Counted from the stretch's first letter, positions 1 through 11,904 are shown. The stretch: 64,000 bases of DNA from an uncultured Nitrospinota bacterium (GCA_963707985.1 CAVPRW010000006.1:58436-122435); one strand, 5' to 3'. Program-made: numbers and translations. Notes: generated by a model from the sequence alone, not told the origin.

Positions 1-1033
1 CACCAATGCGGCTGCCACCAGGAAGGGGATGCTGAACTGCGCCTCCACCACCTGCGAGGGACGTCGCTTGCCAGCCTCAGGACTGAGCTGATCCTTGTAG
101 GTTTGGGGATTCACCGTGATCACCACCTCGGCGATGCCGGCCCCTGCATCAGCGCGTCGCCAGGTCGAGTCGATGCGCGATCTCCAGGGCCACATCGAGC
201 ATGGCATGGTTGGGGCGTCCGGAGGGATAAGGCTTGAAGCTCAGCTCGACACCCCTGAAGATCTGACCCAGGCCGTCCGTGATGGCGTCGAGGTCATAGC
301 CGTCGGGCTGGTACATGGGGAAGAAGCCAAACCGGCCGGCGAACACCTGATGCGCCCCGGTAAAGCTCTCGCGGGCCAGCAAGGTCGACAGTACGGCGCC
401 GCTAGCGGCTTGCCCGGCTTGAAAGCGTTTGGTCAGCGCGCCGTCGAGGATGCATTGCCGGCTCCCGGCGGCCTGGCTCAAGGCGATGCCAAACGCATTA
501 ACCATCTGCTCGACGTTCAGCCGCAGCAGTTTGCCGGCAGCGGCGGTGGCGCCGAAGATGCCGAAGGCGGCGGTGCGGTGCCAGCCGCGGTCGACGGTGG
601 CGGCCAAGGCCAATCGACCGGCGACGTCCAAGCCTAGGGTCACGGCCAGGACAAGATCGCGGCCGGAGGCCCCGCCTTGCATCTCGGCGACGGCCAGGCT
701 GGCGGCCAGCGTCGAGGTGCCAGGATGGATATTGCCGGCGCGATCGAACGTATCGTCGAAATCCAAGGCGTGGCCCATGGTGGCATTGACCAGAGCCGCC
801 TGCGGCGCCGGCACTTTCCCCGCAAGCAGGATGAGGCTGCTCTCCTCTCGTCCACCCCAGTGCTTGGCCAGCCCGGCCACCTCGGCAACGCCCGGCGCGA
901 CGCTTCCCCCCAGCATCGCTCCCAGGGTGTCCAGGATATCGCGTTTGGTGGCGATCACCACCTCATCCGGAAGATCGGTGTAGCTGGTGTGGCAGACATG
1001 CTCGGCTAACGTGAGAGCGGGATCGGCATGCAT
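1..1033 (-). CDS. MmgE/PrpD family protein (frameshift near 150; runs off window start)
   Basis: Motifs HALDFDDT, HPG, RGWH, FKPYPSGRPNH; an alternative frame continues with VEAQFSIPF at 1-150; GGAG RBS before ATG at 1033. Confidence 0.88.
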
Positions 1034-1138
1034 AGCGGTCTCCATCAATATGGCGGACAAGTGGCGACCGTGCATACGCCCAGGAACATGCTGTCATCGA
1101 TGTTCCGCCGGGTATATCTGCGGTGGCCGCCGCTATTC

Positions 1139-2231
1139 CTACGTGTAGAGGTGATTGAGCCAGGCATAGCGCTGCCGATCGAGAGCTTTACCTTGGAGCC
1201 CCGGGAAGTCTGGGCCATAGCGATAGGCCCGGAAGACCAGGTTGACACGGCCGTAGCGCTCATCCTCACCGAAGAAGGGGTTGATGTATTGCCAGACGAT
1301 TTCGCCCTCGTGGGTGACCTCGAAGAGCCGGCCCTTCATCCCCTCACAGATGAGCGTATTGCCATTGGGCAGCCGCTGTGCACCGCTGATAAAGAAGCTG
1401 AAAAACTCCCACGGCGGCCGCGCCTCGTATTTCCAGACGATGGTGTTCGTTTTGGGGTCCACTTCAAGGACGCGCGACTGCATGCCCGGGTCGCACGGTA
1501 TGAAAGCCATTATCGAAGAGGAGGATGTTACCATTCGGCAGGGGATTGGGGTCATGTTGATGGCCCAACTCGTCCCTACCCCATTTCCAGCGGAAGTCAC
1601 CGCTCTGCTTGTCAATGATTCCAACCGTGTTTAGGTAGCGAAAACTGGTGAGCACGTTGCCATCGGGCAGGACCTCGCAGGTATTCGCATGCGTCCACTC
1701 CTGGCGCCGGTCGAGCGGGCAGATGGCATCGGCGTCGGGGTCGAGATGCTGATAGGCATGCCACTCCCAGACGACTTTTTTATCCGGCGTGACCTCATGG
1801 AAGTAATCGCTCCAGATGCCGCCCTCGTATTCGGTCCCCGGCGTGCCGCCTTTGACGCGCCGAGCCAGCTCTGTTGGAATCCGTTCCCAACCCAGCACCA
1901 TGGTGTGGCCATTGGGCATGCGACAGAAATCATGATGCAGGGTTTCCTCCGCGTACTCCCACAGGATGTGCCCATCCCAATCCATCTCCATGAGGATGCC
2001 ACCCCTGCCGCCGAAGGCCACAGGTCCCTTGCCGGTTTGAAGGCCGATCAAGAGATGGCCATTGTCGAGCAGATAGCCGTAATCGCCGGGACGATGGGGC
2101 AGCTGCCAGCGGTGGACGATGGCGCCCTGCATATCGATCAGGTAGGCGTTGGTGTCCCGCATGGGTGCGAACAGCGTATAACCGCAAAAGGCTTTGTCCG
2201 GCTGATAGAACGTCAATCCAAGTGGTTTCAT
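1139..2231 (-). CDS. Aryl-sulfate sulfotransferase (ASST)-like beta-propeller protein, split by a frameshift near 1490
   Basis: GYTLFAP, HHDFCRMPNG, WTHAN and HQHDPNPLPNGNILLFDNG in ORF 1464-2231 join ISGAQRLPNGNTLICEG and VFRAYRY in ORF 1139-1624. Confidence 0.82.
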
Positions 2232-2272
2232 GGGCCGTCCTCTCGGCGCAGGTGTGCGGCGTGTCGCGGGAG

Positions 2273-3043
2273 TTATAGCGCTGACTGCCCGCCATCCACG
2301 AGCAGGCAGGTGGCGGTCACAAATGAAGACTCATCCGAGGCCAGGAAGAGAATACAGTTGGCCACCTCGCGTGGGGTCCCAGGACGTTTGAGCATCGTGT
2401 CGTACCCAAATTCGTCGAGGAATTGCTCTGCCGTCTTGCCCGCGGCGGCGGCTCGACGGGCATGAAACGCGTGAAAATCGGCCCTGGGCAGACGGCATTG
2501 ACCCGGATATGCCTCTGCCGCATGGTCCAAGGCCATGCCACGCGTGAGTCCGGTGACGGCGGCTTTGGTGGCATCGTACTGCACCATGTTGCCCCCGGCG
2601 ATGAAGGCCCGCTGTGAGGCAATGTTGACGATGCTACCGCCTCCTGTCCTACGCATCTCCGGGATGGCCGCCTTGGCACAGAAGGCGTAGCCTTTTACGT
2701 TCACCCCGAGAATGGCGTCCCAGCTCTCCTCGCTGGCCTCGACGACCGTCTGATAGAGGCGCATGCCGGCATTGTTCACCAGAATATCCAGGCGGCCAAA
2801 CTGCTCCACCGTGCGACGGATAAGATTGATGGCATCGGCTTCGCGCTCCATGTGCGCCTCGACGAAGATCACCTCGGCCCCGGCGGCTTTGATCTCGTCC
2901 GCCACCAGACAGCCGCGCTCGCCGTCCATATCGGCGATGGCGACGCGTGCCCCTTCCTCAGCGAACAACCGCGCCGTCGCCTCCCCAATCCCGGATGCCC
3001 CACCGGTGATGGCTGCGACTTTGCCGTCCAAACGTCCCATCAT
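2273..3043 (-). CDS. SDR family NAD(P)-dependent oxidoreductase (compensating frameshift pair at about 2460-2520)
   Basis: TGGASGIG, NNAG, YDATK; IRVNAVCPG lies in the overlapping frame; C-terminal VDGG. Confidence 0.92.
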   Translation of the reverse strand: MMGRLDGKVAAITGGASGIGEATARLFAEEGARVAIADMDGERGCLVADEIKAAGAEVIFVEAHMEREADAINLIRRTVEQFGRLDILVNNAGMRLYQTVVEASEESWDAILGVNVKGYAFCAKAAIPEMRRTGGGSIVNIASQRAFIAGGNMVQYDATKAAVTGLTRGMALDHAAEAYPGQCRLPRADFHAFHARRAAAAGKTAEQFLDEFGYDTMLKRPGTPREVANCILFLASDESSFVTATCLLVDGGQSAL

Positions 3044-3288
3044 GCGCCTCCTGCCTCTTGCCCTCAAGGCAATGGTTACCGCTTGCGATCATGACGACGT
3101 GTGAGCTTGCCCATCATGCAATGACCGACGGTACACATTCGACCATCATAGCGATGTTATCATACCGCACAATAGGCACAGGCGATACGGACAAATATAG
3201 CGCTGGCGAAGACGCTTCCAAACCTATCCCCAACCGGGCACGTACGGTGTCCGCATAGGGCGCCGGACAGGAATTGTCCACTGCGGCT

Positions 3289-3320
3289 TCCGATCAGCGG
3301 ACTGGGCTCCGCTGATCGGA
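3289..3320. terminator. 13-bp perfect hairpin downstream of the lactonase-like gene
   Basis: TCCGATCAGCGGA-ctgggc-TCCGCTGATCGGA, 15 bp past the stop codon; no clear U-tract. Confidence 0.5.
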
Positions 3321-3334
3321 CTCTCTCGGAGGCG

Positions 3335-4777
3335 TCAGAAGGCCGGGACCCACCCTGTGAGCACCCCCTTATCCGGATCAAAGATATTGGTCCAGTGCTG
3401 CGAGAGGTCAGCGGTTGAAGTCGCCTGAAAAATGATCCCGAAGCGGTTGCCCGTGACTTGGAAAACCAGCCATCGCACTTCAAATCCGGGCACCCCGAAG
3501 ATCTGATCGGTGAGATCCTCTGCAAACGTGCCGAGCAGCGGCGCCCCAAAGCGTGGGTCGGTGGTGGCCCGCGTGAGCAGGTCTTGTCGCGCCTGGTCGG
3601 CCACCGGATTGGAGGTGACCACCGTAGTGGGGAAGCCCCTCGTAGTCACGTTCCCGAGGCCAATGGGCGTCAGTCTACCCGTGGCGACATCGATCGCATA
3701 TTCCGCGATGTTGCCCACGTTATAGCCATCGACCGCCCGCTGATTGGCCACATAGGCAAACCGACCGGTGCGATCGAGGGCGATCGCTTCCGTGGTCTTA
3801 CCGCCAGTCGGCACGGTGCTGACCCACGTCGGCTTTCCGGCCGCATCCAGCGTGTAGGTACCCACCGCACCGACGTACGGTGCCTGGGCGCCGTCTTGTA
3901 CCACAAAAAGGTACTGGTTGGAGGCATGGACCCTCACCATCGTTGGGAACCCCGCGGTAGGCACCTTGGTAGCCATCGTCAGCACCCCGGTGTTGGCCTC
4001 AAAGCGGTACATCCACAGTTCGCGGGCATAGTACATGCTCGCATACATCCGCTTGCCGGAGGGATCGAACGCCACCGAGAGCGGGCCATCAGACGCTTGT
4101 GGGCGATCCCCGGCGGGTACTGTCCGGAGGAATGTCGGTGCTCCGGTGTTCTGGTCGAGCCGAAACACCGACAAGGTATCGCTGAGATAGTTCGCCAGGA
4201 CAAGGTACCGTCCGGTGGGGTCGATCGCAAACTCGGCGGGATCAGTGCCGCCGGTAGAGATCTCGTTGACCAGCCTTGGCACCCCGGTGAAGGCATCGAG
4301 GGTGTACCACCAAAGGGCGTTATAGGCCACATTGGGCAGTTCTTTGGCAAAGCCGTGGCTGGTGGCATACAGGGTATGGCCGCGAGGATGGACCCGCACC
4401 GAGTGCGGATCGATGCCGGCCCCCACCCGCCCCACTTCCGTGAGCAGGTGAGTCGTGGGGTCAATCCGGTACATTGAGAGGTTGAGAGACGTATTATTGA
4501 GCCCGTAAGCCCAGACGCCGTTGGGGTGGTATGCGAGGTCCACCGGATTTCCCCCCGCAGTCGCCTGCCCGAGCGGTGTGAGGGTGCCATCAGCCGTCCC
4601 AATGGCATAGGTGATCACATTGTCGCTGCCTTTATTCATGACCCAGGCCGCGCTTGGGGGCAGGACGGCGAGGACGGGCGTGGCGTGGGTAAGCATCAGC
4701 AAGCTCACGACCATCATCAGTAGCCGGCGCAAGCTGTCGCAGGGGGCCATCTGGTAGGGAAATACATAACTAAACAT
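3335..4777 (-). CDS. Secreted lactonase-family (Pgl-like) 7-bladed beta-propeller protein with an extra ~90-aa C-terminal domain
   Basis: Hydrophobic signal peptide; repeats HPNGVWAY, HPRGHTLYA, DPTGRYLVLANY, DPSGKRMYA, DRTGRFAYVAN. Confidence 0.78.
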   Translation of the reverse strand: MFSYVFPYQMAPCDSLRRLLMMVVSLLMLTHATPVLAVLPPSAAWVMNKGSDNVITYAIGTADGTLTPLGQATAGGNPVDLAYHPNGVWAYGLNNTSLNLSMYRIDPTTHLLTEVGRVGAGIDPHSVRVHPRGHTLYATSHGFAKELPNVAYNALWWYTLDAFTGVPRLVNEISTGGTDPAEFAIDPTGRYLVLANYLSDTLSVFRLDQNTGAPTFLRTVPAGDRPQASDGPLSVAFDPSGKRMYASMYYARELWMYRFEANTGVLTMATKVPTAGFPTMVRVHASNQYLFVVQDGAQAPYVGAVGTYTLDAAGKPTWVSTVPTGGKTTEAIALDRTGRFAYVANQRAVDGYNVGNIAEYAIDVATGRLTPIGLGNVTTRGFPTTVVTSNPVADQARQDLLTRATTDPRFGAPLLGTFAEDLTDQIFGVPGFEVRWLVFQVTGNRFGIIFQATSTADLSQHWTNIFDPDKGVLTGWVPAF

Positions 4778-5177
4778 GGGGGGCTCCTTGTTCCTGACGA
4801 GGTAAGGGTTGACTCAGCGGAGGACGTCTTCCAGCTGCGAGGCAATCCTCGCGGGCTGGGTATGCCTATGCTGCTGAGAGTGAGGCCCCGCACGCGGAAG
4901 TGGTCGGTAGCCAGGGACGCATGTGCCATGGTGCTGACCGCCCTGCTCGCTTCCTCATGGGGCCTTAGCGGCGCGCCTTAGCAAAAGGAATGCCGGTATA
5001 GACCAGTACAGAGTGAGCGCGGAGAGGGGGCAGGCTCATGGGGATGGACCGGAGCACGATCTGGTGCTGTGGCTGGGCAGATGTACGCAGGGAGGGACCG
5101 GAGTGGGCGACCGGGATCACTGAAACCATTGACAGGCACCACCGGGGCGAAACGTGTGCAGTAATGACCATGATTGG

Positions 5178-6060
5178 TCAACAGTGAGCGTGAGTGGGAC
5201 GGGCACAGCCCCCCGGCTGTTTGAGGCGAGGATCGAGTGCATCGCGCACGCCGTCGCCCAGAAAATTGAACCCCAATACGGTGAGGAAGATCGCTGCCCC
5301 TGGGGCCATGGCCATCCAGGGCGCGATCTCCAGATAGCCACGGCCAACGTTGAGCATGGCGCCCCAGCTGGGTGTAGGCGGCTGCACCAGCCGGAGCAGC
5401 CCGGCCTCGGCGAGCGTCGCCGCGGCGATGTGCAAAGACGCCTCGACGATGATCGGGGCGGTGATATTCGGTAGCACATGCTGGATCAGAATGCGCAAAT
5501 CACTACCGCCCACCGCCCTGGCGGCCTGCACAAACTCCCATTCGCGCACCGACAGCACCTGTCCGCGTACCAGTCGCGCCTAGGTCGGCACGCCGACGAC
5601 GCCGATCGCCAGCATGACATTCGACAGGCTCGGGCTCAGGATCGCTGCCAGGGCTAACGCCAGCACCAGGACCGGGAACGCCAGCAGGGCATCCATCAGG
5701 CGCATGAGCCAGTTGTCAAGCATGCCGCCGATGTAGCCGGACAGCAAGCCCAACACTGTCCCGGTCACCAGCGCGATGCCGACGGCGATCACTCCGACCT
5801 GCAACGATACACGAGCGCCCCACATGAGCCGACTAAGCACATCTCGGCCGAGATCATCCGTGCCTAGAGGATGCTGGCGACTCGGCCCCTGCAGTATGGC
5901 GCTGAACTCCTGGTGCGTGGGATCGTAGGGCGCCAACATGGGCGCCAAACCCCCTGCCAGCACGACCGTGAGGACGAGCCCCAATCCCACACGCGACAGC
6001 GCCCTGGACTGTAGGCGCTGCCAGAAGGCGCCCAGGCCGCTCTTATGAATAGCGGATGCG
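5178..6060 (-). pseudogene. Peptide/nickel ABC transporter permease (DppC/OppC-like), degraded
   Basis: HPLGTDDLGRD and QHVLPN motifs; in-frame TAG at 5580-5582 (GVPT*ARLVRG); the usual LSFLGLG segment is deleted. Confidence 0.8.
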
Positions 6061-6393
6061 AGGATCCAGAAGCGCATAGGTGATGTCCACCACGAAATTG
6101 CAGGCGATTCTCGTCAATGCCAGGAAGAGGATGACCCCTTGGACGATGGGAAAGTCGCGGGCGAAAATACTATCCACCACCAGGCGTCCCAGACCGGGAA
6201 GCGCGAAAATGGTTTCGGTCAACACCGCGCCGCCGAGAAGCGTCCCCATCTGCAGGCCGAGAATGGTCGTCACCGGCAGGAGCGCGTTTTTCAGGGCATG
6301 ACGCATGATCACCCCGGATTCCGCCACGCCTTTAGCCCTGGCCGTCGGGACATAGTCATGCCGTAGCACCTCCAGCAGACTGGACCGGGTCAT
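6043..6393 (-). pseudogene. ABC permease DppB/OppB C-terminal fragment, 5' part lost at an IS junction
   Basis: TRSSLLEVL-DYV-TARAKG, HALKNALLP, ETIFALPGLG, LDPRIRY. Confidence 0.85.
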
Positions 6394-6399
6394 CCGATA

Positions 6400-6645
6400 C
6401 GTCCATGCGGTGAGCGAAGTGGCTCAGATCATCCTCTCCTGGAATGGCCTCGTGCAGCCCGACGAGCTCTCGATTGCGGCGACCTTTGTCCTGCTGGCGC
6501 AGATCCACATAAAAGCTGGCAGAGTCGGGGTAGCCATCCACCCGGCTGGCCAACTCCAGAAAGAAGGAACTGGCCGGATCGTAGCAGTGGCCGCCTTCCT
6601 TGGCATAATAGGGGGCAAAGAGGGCGCGGGTGAAGCACAGATCAA
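6400..6645 (-). pseudogene. Transposase N-terminal fragment
   Basis: IDLCFTRALFAPYYAKEGGHCYDPASSFFLEL...IPGEDDLSHF resembles DUF772-like transposase N-termini; abuts the IS5 fragment. Confidence 0.45.
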
Positions 6646-7060
6646 TGGCGATGGGGTCGCGGCACCGCAACTCCTGCCGTGGCTTGATCCGCAAGATTTC
6701 CCCCGTCTCGAAACGAGCTTTGCCGACACCACATATCACCATCACGCCCTTCACATATGGATGACAGCACATCGCCCGACGTGGCGCATCGAGGTCAAGA
6801 CGCCTCCGGAAGGGACCAAAGGGTTTACACCGTTGGAGAAACGCTGGGTGGTGGAGCGGACCAACGCCTGGAATGGTCGCTATCGGCGCCACAGCAAGGA
6901 TGATGAACGGGAACCTGAATCCAGTGCGGCCATGATCTCTCTATGCCACATCCATCTGAGGCTGCGCCGGCTCACGTCCCACCGTCGGCCTGCATTCCAT
7001 GGCCGAAACGTTGCTGCTAAACCTTTAAAATTAGCGTCCTGAGTTTCCGGATAGCCTCTA
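6645..7060 (+). mobile_element. IS5-family transposase C-terminal remnant with right end
   Basis: KGFTPLEKRWVVERTNAWNGRYRRHSKD signature; terminal TTCCGGATAGCCTCT after the stop. Confidence 0.8.
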
Positions 7061-7247
7061 AGTCTGACCGACAAGCGGAGGGGCGAGTGGGGAAACCGGC
7101 CCGTGACCGTATAGGTCAGCCCAAGCGCCCTGCTCCTACCTTACCACCAAGTATACCGCCTGAGAGACTTCCTCTACATCTGCACAAGTGTTTCGGACGA
7201 CGACACGAATGCCGGCCTTCCACGCCTTCCATGCTCATGTCAGCGTC

Positions 7248-8813
7248 CTATGGTTCGCCTGTGCGGTGTCCGGAAGCCTTGGTGGGACCTGTCATGGAGG
7301 GGCGTGCGTGGGCGTCGTCCGGCTCCTTGGCGGAGAGCACGTTGAGGACTTCTTCCGCGACGAGCCGGTGACCCGTTTCGTTATAGTGACCGGTGTCGCG
7401 GAAGGGGAACAGCGCGCGCCGGTCCGGCTGGGCCCGGAACACCGGATCGAGGTCGATCAGCGGGATCCCCAAGCTGCCGACCAGGTGCAGCACGCGCGGG
7501 CGCTGGATGACGCCGATCTCGGGCGTGTCGAAATAGCGGCTCCAGCTGGGGAGGTAGACGAAGTACAGGGTGCCGCCCCAGCCGCTGACGCGGGCCTGGG
7601 CCTGAGCCAGAATGTCCTGCAATAGGGCTATGGCGGGGCCTTCGATCTCGGCCACCCGCGCCAGGTCTTCCGCCTGGACCCCCTGTACCAGGGGCAGCCG
7701 TGATCGCAAGGCGGACAGTTTCAAGAAGCCCACCACCTGCGGGACGAGTCTGCGAGGGTTCGCCAGCCGACGCTCCCGTCTCTCGCGCTCGAGCGCCTGT
7801 TGCGTGGCGATCTCCTGCGTGAGTGCGCGGTCGATCTCGCCTTGCCGGGCGGGGAGGCCTTGCGTGAAGTCGTCGTGCAAATAGCGCATCAACAGGCGGC
7901 TGTGGCGTTCCGTCTGCAGATCGGTCAGGTCATTGCCTTCGAAATAAAACCATAACACAAGTGGGGGCTTCAAAGGCGGCAGGTACTCCTCCAGGGTCGC
8001 CAGCATGAGCAACGGCCCGTCGCCGGCAAACCCGAGATTCAGGGTGGCCGGCACGCGTTGGCGGATGCGCCCGACGAAACTTTGCTCCGTGGGGACACAG
8101 TAGCCTTGCGTGAATGAATCCCCCAGCGCGGCGATCGCCACGTGAGGGGCGCGCCACACGCCGTGGGGATTATTAAAGCCGTGCTCGTCACTGGGGTAGG
8201 TCACCCACGGACCGTTCTCGTTGCACAGAATCGTGACCTGCTTGGAGATCGCCCCGAGGGGGATGACTTCCTCGCCGTGGATGGTGACCGCGGAGGTGAT
8301 CGCTCCATCCGGCTGCCGGATGAAGAGGTTGTTGGGGGGACTGATAAAGGGGACAGCATCAACACCTTGTCGACGCAAATCGGCGCGCACCTCCGGCCAC
8401 GTCCTGGGGTCGACCTCGACGCCAAATTGTGCGGCCAGTTGCGCCGCCGCTCCGGCGCCCAGGTCGCTGACGAGGAACATGAGCGGCCGCTTGGGGCCCT
8501 CGGGCGCAACGTGGGGGAGGCGCAGGAAGAGCTCCCCCCCGTACGCCGACACGGCGAGCGAGACGCAGCACAGGGCGAGGTTGAGCTTCGCGGCGGGTTT
8601 GAGGCTGAGGGCAGCGAAGAGCAGGAGGGCGGCGCCCGCGGGCAGGCCATAGCCCACCACGGCGGCCGTCGCACTGGTGAACTGCCGCTCGCCAGTCCAG
8701 CCGAAGCGATAGAAGACGTGAGCGAAGACGAGCACGGCAGCCACGCCTCCAGCTATCACGATCGCGTTGGCGAACCTGACCATGTTGACCCCAATTTGAT
8801 TTTGAGTGGTCAT
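7248..8813 (-). CDS. Membrane-anchored SGNH/GDSL hydrolase-family protein
   Basis: About 3 N-terminal TM segments; blocks ALGDSFTQG, NLGFAGDGP, FEGND, GHYN. Confidence 0.8.
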   Translation of the reverse strand: MTTQNQIGVNMVRFANAIVIAGGVAAVLVFAHVFYRFGWTGERQFTSATAAVVGYGLPAGAALLLFAALSLKPAAKLNLALCCVSLAVSAYGGELFLRLPHVAPEGPKRPLMFLVSDLGAGAAAQLAAQFGVEVDPRTWPEVRADLRRQGVDAVPFISPPNNLFIRQPDGAITSAVTIHGEEVIPLGAISKQVTILCNENGPWVTYPSDEHGFNNPHGVWRAPHVAIAALGDSFTQGYCVPTEQSFVGRIRQRVPATLNLGFAGDGPLLMLATLEEYLPPLKPPLVLWFYFEGNDLTDLQTERHSRLLMRYLHDDFTQGLPARQGEIDRALTQEIATQQALERERRERRLANPRRLVPQVVGFLKLSALRSRLPLVQGVQAEDLARVAEIEGPAIALLQDILAQAQARVSGWGGTLYFVYLPSWSRYFDTPEIGVIQRPRVLHLVGSLGIPLIDLDPVFRAQPDRRALFPFRDTGHYNETGHRLVAEEVLNVLSAKEPDDAHARPSMTGPTKASGHRTGEP

Positions 8814-9006
8814 GCGCGTTCATCCCCATTCAACCATCGGTGACCAAGCATCAAACGCCCGCGAACGGTCTGCCATGCCCTCACCACATAGACGGTTGGC
8901 CAGCTTCGTGGTATGGTGTCGCCACAGGACGGTCGTCCTTCCCCCGGTACCGGCGCTGCCGCCCTCGCAGGGGCGGGCAGTCGCACCATGGGCGCGACAT
9001 TGGCCG

Positions 9007-9561
9007 TCAAGACCACCCGCGGACAGAGACGGCGAGCACGTGCTCGGGGGCAGGGCTTGTATTCTCCAGCTGATGGGGGACCGCAGCTGCAAACGTGATC
9101 GCGTCGCCGGGCCCTAGCCGATGCGCCTCGTCCCCCAGCGTCGGGGTGACCTCCCCCTGTAACACGAAGGCAAACTTCTCCCCCACTGGCGCGGTGGGGA
9201 ATGTCCCGCTGCCGCCTCCCGTGGCCATGGTGATAAGGAGGGGCTCCAGCGTTCCCACCCCATCCGTGGGACGCAGCGCCTCGATCGAGACGGGTGACCA
9301 CGTGCTGACGACGTGGCAACGGGCATGGGCGCGGACGGGCTGAGAGGGAGGCGGCTCGGGCTCGGCGAACAACGTGCCGAGGCTGACCCCCAGGGCCATG
9401 GCGATGCGCTCCAGCGACCCGACGGACGGGGTGACACGCCTGCGTTCCGCCTGGGTGATGAGGCTCGGGGAACAGCCGGTCGTGGCCGCGAGGGTCCGCA
9501 CCGACAGGACGAGCCCGAGGCGCAATTGCCGAATGCGCTCACCCACCGTGACGTGGTGCAT
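9007..9561 (-). CDS. XRE-family HTH transcriptional regulator with C-terminal cupin (possibly decaying)
   Basis: VGERIRQLR...SVRTLAATTGCSPSLITQAE HTH; EKFAFVLQGE...GDAITF...PHQLEN cupin. Confidence 0.85.
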   Translation of the reverse strand: MHHVTVGERIRQLRLGLVLSVRTLAATTGCSPSLITQAERRRVTPSVGSLERIAMALGVSLGTLFAEPEPPPSQPVRAHARCHVVSTWSPVSIEALRPTDGVGTLEPLLITMATGGGSGTFPTAPVGEKFAFVLQGEVTPTLGDEAHRLGPGDAITFAAAVPHQLENTSPAPEHVLAVSVRGWS

Positions 9562-9933
9562 GCCGCTGCCTTTCCTGCGCTGTCCAGTTATACTACATAT
9601 ATGTACAGTATACCTTAACACAACCCTCACCAGAAAGCTGTAACGCACTTGACGGAAGACTATCTCTCCAAAGCCGCTCGGAAATTTCATCAGTTTTTAT
9701 CATTGGGCCTGCTGTACAGCGGGACGGAATCTCGCCACAACATGAGGCTCTGCGTGCGACCCCTCTAGACACCGTTTAGGACTCCCACGAGCATCTGGCG
9801 GAAAATTTACGGTAGTGCTCGTGGCCACAAACTATAGTTTTGTACCAGATCAGAGGGCTGCACAGCAGCCTTGCGATATCAAGGGCTTGCTGGGCACGTT
9901 GGCGGAGGGTTTTTGGCCAGGGAGACCAGACCC

Positions 9934-10407
9934 ATGAAACTGGGGCTCTATGCTCGCGTCTCCACGCACAAACAGCAGACGCTCGCGCTCCAGCGGGATG
10001 TCCTCATGCAGGCGGCCCGGCGTCGAGACATCGATGCCATGGTCGTCTGGCGGTTGGAACGCTGGGGCCGGTCCTTAGCGGACCTGGTCGACACACTCCA
10101 CGAGTTGCAGGGCCTGGGCGTGGGCTTTATCTCGCTGCATGAAGCCGTAGATTTCACCACGCCCACGGGACGGGCACTGGCTGGCATGCTGTCGGTCTTT
10201 GCCGCGTTCGAGCGCGAGATTCTGCGCGAGCGGGTGAAAGCCGGCATTGCACAGGCCCGGAAACGTGGCACACGGCATGGGCGGCCGCCGACCGTAACAC
10301 ATCACGCCGACACCGTGCGGCAGCTCTCGGCCACAGGCTTTAGCAACTCGGCGATTGCCCGGCGGTTAGGGATCAGTCGAGCGTCGGTGCGGCGGTTCCT
10401 GGGCTGA
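9934..10407 (+). pseudogene. Resolvase/invertase-type serine recombinase with internal deletion
   Basis: YARVST, VWRLERWGRS, FEREILRERVKAG and C-terminal HTH; the segment between QTLALQ and LMQAARRR is much shorter than in intact resolvases. Confidence 0.82.
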
Positions 10408-10599
10408 TGGCGGCGGGCGTACACGCGCCGCAAGACACGAGCACCCGTCCCTGGAGAGGAATGTCGGGTGACGGAGCGTCACATGACGCGCTTACCGTAC
10501 ATTTTCCGCAAAGACGCCTTGCATCTGGATGAGCATCTGTTCGGCGGGGCTTGTCCCTAGACTCTGATGCACGAAGACGACCTCACACCCACACCGGGT

Positions 10600-10890
10600 C
10601 AACTCTTCGATCAAGACCACCTGATACGCATATCGGCGGGCGAGCCGGTCAGGGGCCGTGACCAGCACGACCTCAAAGGCGCCTTCGGCTGCGAGATCGC
10701 GTCACCGCTCCAGGGCTGGTCAATCCAGGCGCGTCCCACTGATGCCGTCATCAATGCACACGTTTCCATGGAGCACCGCATAGTCGTGGGCCTCCGCGGC
10801 CTGCTGGAGCAAGTCACCTGGCTCGCGACGGTTTCCTCCCGCTCTTGTTTGTCAGTCGACATGTACGCATACAGAGCGGCCCGTTTCAGG
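10600..10890 (-). pseudogene. Large serine recombinase N-terminal remnant
   Basis: KRAALYAYMSTDKQEREETVASQV (degenerate YARVS), then frameshifts. Confidence 0.65.
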
Positions 10891-11259
10891 AGCCCTCCGC
10901 CCGACTCCTCGCGCGCGTCTCGGGCGGTGACACAGGACGCGGAGCTCTGCGCTGCTGTTGGTGCCGTTGTGCCTGTCGTCAGACTTTGATGGCCTGCCCT
11001 ACACGTTCCCTCCCATCGCGACATGGAACCCTCACACAAAGAATCTCCTCGGCTCTTGGAGGACCCTCGGATGCCATAGGCCTCCCTCTTGTGCGTGTGC
11101 TGGTCATCCGTCATGATCGTTGCCTCTCTCTAGCAGAGAGGCGACCATTGTGCACGCGCACTGGGGGAGCTGGGCGGGGGCCACGAGGGCCCCAGAGGGG
11201 GAGGACTCCGTCAAAGGTCAGGCGTGTTCGGTTTGTAAACGGAACAACTTGCGGCTGGA

Positions 11260-11467
11260 GGGCCGGATTGCGAATCAACTGGATCCGATGGCCGACCCCA
11301 TGGTCCGCGATGAACTGCTCAACGAACTCCCCCGTCTGATCGGAAGAGCCGCCATCGACATAGATCGCCCGAAAGTTGTCGTACGGTTGGGCGCAGAGCG
11401 AACCAAGATTCTGTTCGTACCAGTGACGATTGTTGTAGCTGGATATGACGATCGTCAGCGGTTTCAT
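11260..11467 (-). pseudogene. Glycosyltransferase family 2 N-terminal fragment
   Basis: IVISSYNN...SLCAQPYDNFRAIYVDGGSSDQT; homology ends after IRNP. Confidence 0.7.
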
Positions 11468-11904
11468 GACCGTGTCCCCCTCGGAGCTGATTTCCCCTTA
11501 CTCCGCGATCCTAAAGGCGCTGGTGTGGCACATCGCGACATGGCCTTGGGGTGGCACCGGCTGCTCAGTCTTGTTGATGGTCACGGCCTGTGGGGTCCGT
11601 GCCATGTTCTGGCAGACGGTGCACGGCTCCAGGCGCCCCTCAGCGGTCGGTAGGGCCGATTGTTGCCGATCACAGCGCCACGCTGCCGGGAGAGCGAACG
11701 TGACCTTGGGTTTTTGCCGATCGCTCGCCAAGCGGTTCACATCAAGAACGCCACCGGCTAGGAGCAAGGCCAGGGTGCAAATCAACGCGGCTTTCAGTAT
11801 GATGCGCCTCGGTGGTACTCCTGGGTTTGGGGTACTACTTGAGTTGCCGGGGTGGTCCCGCCCGGCGAAGGCAGCCGCCCCGGTTTTCGCATGCCCTGAG
11901 ACTG

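Noticed and set aside
5580..5582. In-frame TAG codons (dppC 5580, IS701 14010, integrase and IS relics) as stop-codon recoding or pyrrolysine
   Set aside because: All lie in genes with other lesions, and intact genes (DUF1800, DUF1501, moaA) use TAG as a normal stop
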